Below, one piece after another: positions 63,921 to 64,000 of a DNA stretch of 64,000 nucleotides (position 1 is its first letter; each line of letters begins with the position of its first letter). The DNA lies in assembly GCA_035221665.1 (NCBI GenBank), contig JAVHYY010000112.1, positions 496,001 through 560,000 on the forward strand, read 5' to 3'. A program made the translations under genes and the position numbers. The notes beneath the pieces were generated by a model that was not told where the DNA came from, searched no databases, and worked only from the letters and a program-made list of their open reading frames with translations. This stretch comes from Okamejei kenojei. Taxonomy: Eukaryota.

Positions 63921-64000
63921 CTGAAAAGGCGTTTAAAACAATAATACGTGAGTGCGGCGAATATAACATACGGTAGAAATCGGCATCCGTGGAAAACAAC

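Overview
Repeat-rich vertebrate genomic DNA with five N-gaps, almost certainly from a cartilaginous fish (skate/ray-like CR1 repeats; species is inference). The window is part of a T-cell receptor alpha/delta V region read on the minus strand. Its centrepiece (11.4-14.5 kb) is a complete germline NAR-TCR cassette that the ORF track splits into fragments: leader - IgNAR-like V (22-bp-spacer RSS) - D (12/12 RSS) - J (23 RSS, DGAG motif) - intron - leaderless supporting TCR-delta V (23 RSS). It would encode a doubly rearranging, two-V-domain TCR-delta chain. This copy shows possible decay: the leader donor reads AT instead of GT, and the supporting-V CDR1 has Ser (AGT) where Cys (TGT) is expected. 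Two conventional TCR V pseudogenes lie at 61.7-63.9 kb. Two intact, two-exon GPR139/142-like 7TM receptor genes sit among the V segments on the opposite strand (3.3-6.0 kb, 57.0-58.9 kb). The rest is nested mobile DNA: many CR1 LINEs (one near full length), L2, Rex-Babar, a Passport-like Tc1, a DIRS element, an ERV-L-like provirus with env remnant, a Gypsy fragment, a foldback element with an 8-bp TSD, and a ~92-bp minisatellite formed at a LINE/target junction. Repeat boundaries are approximate and family assignments come from motif recognition, not database searches.
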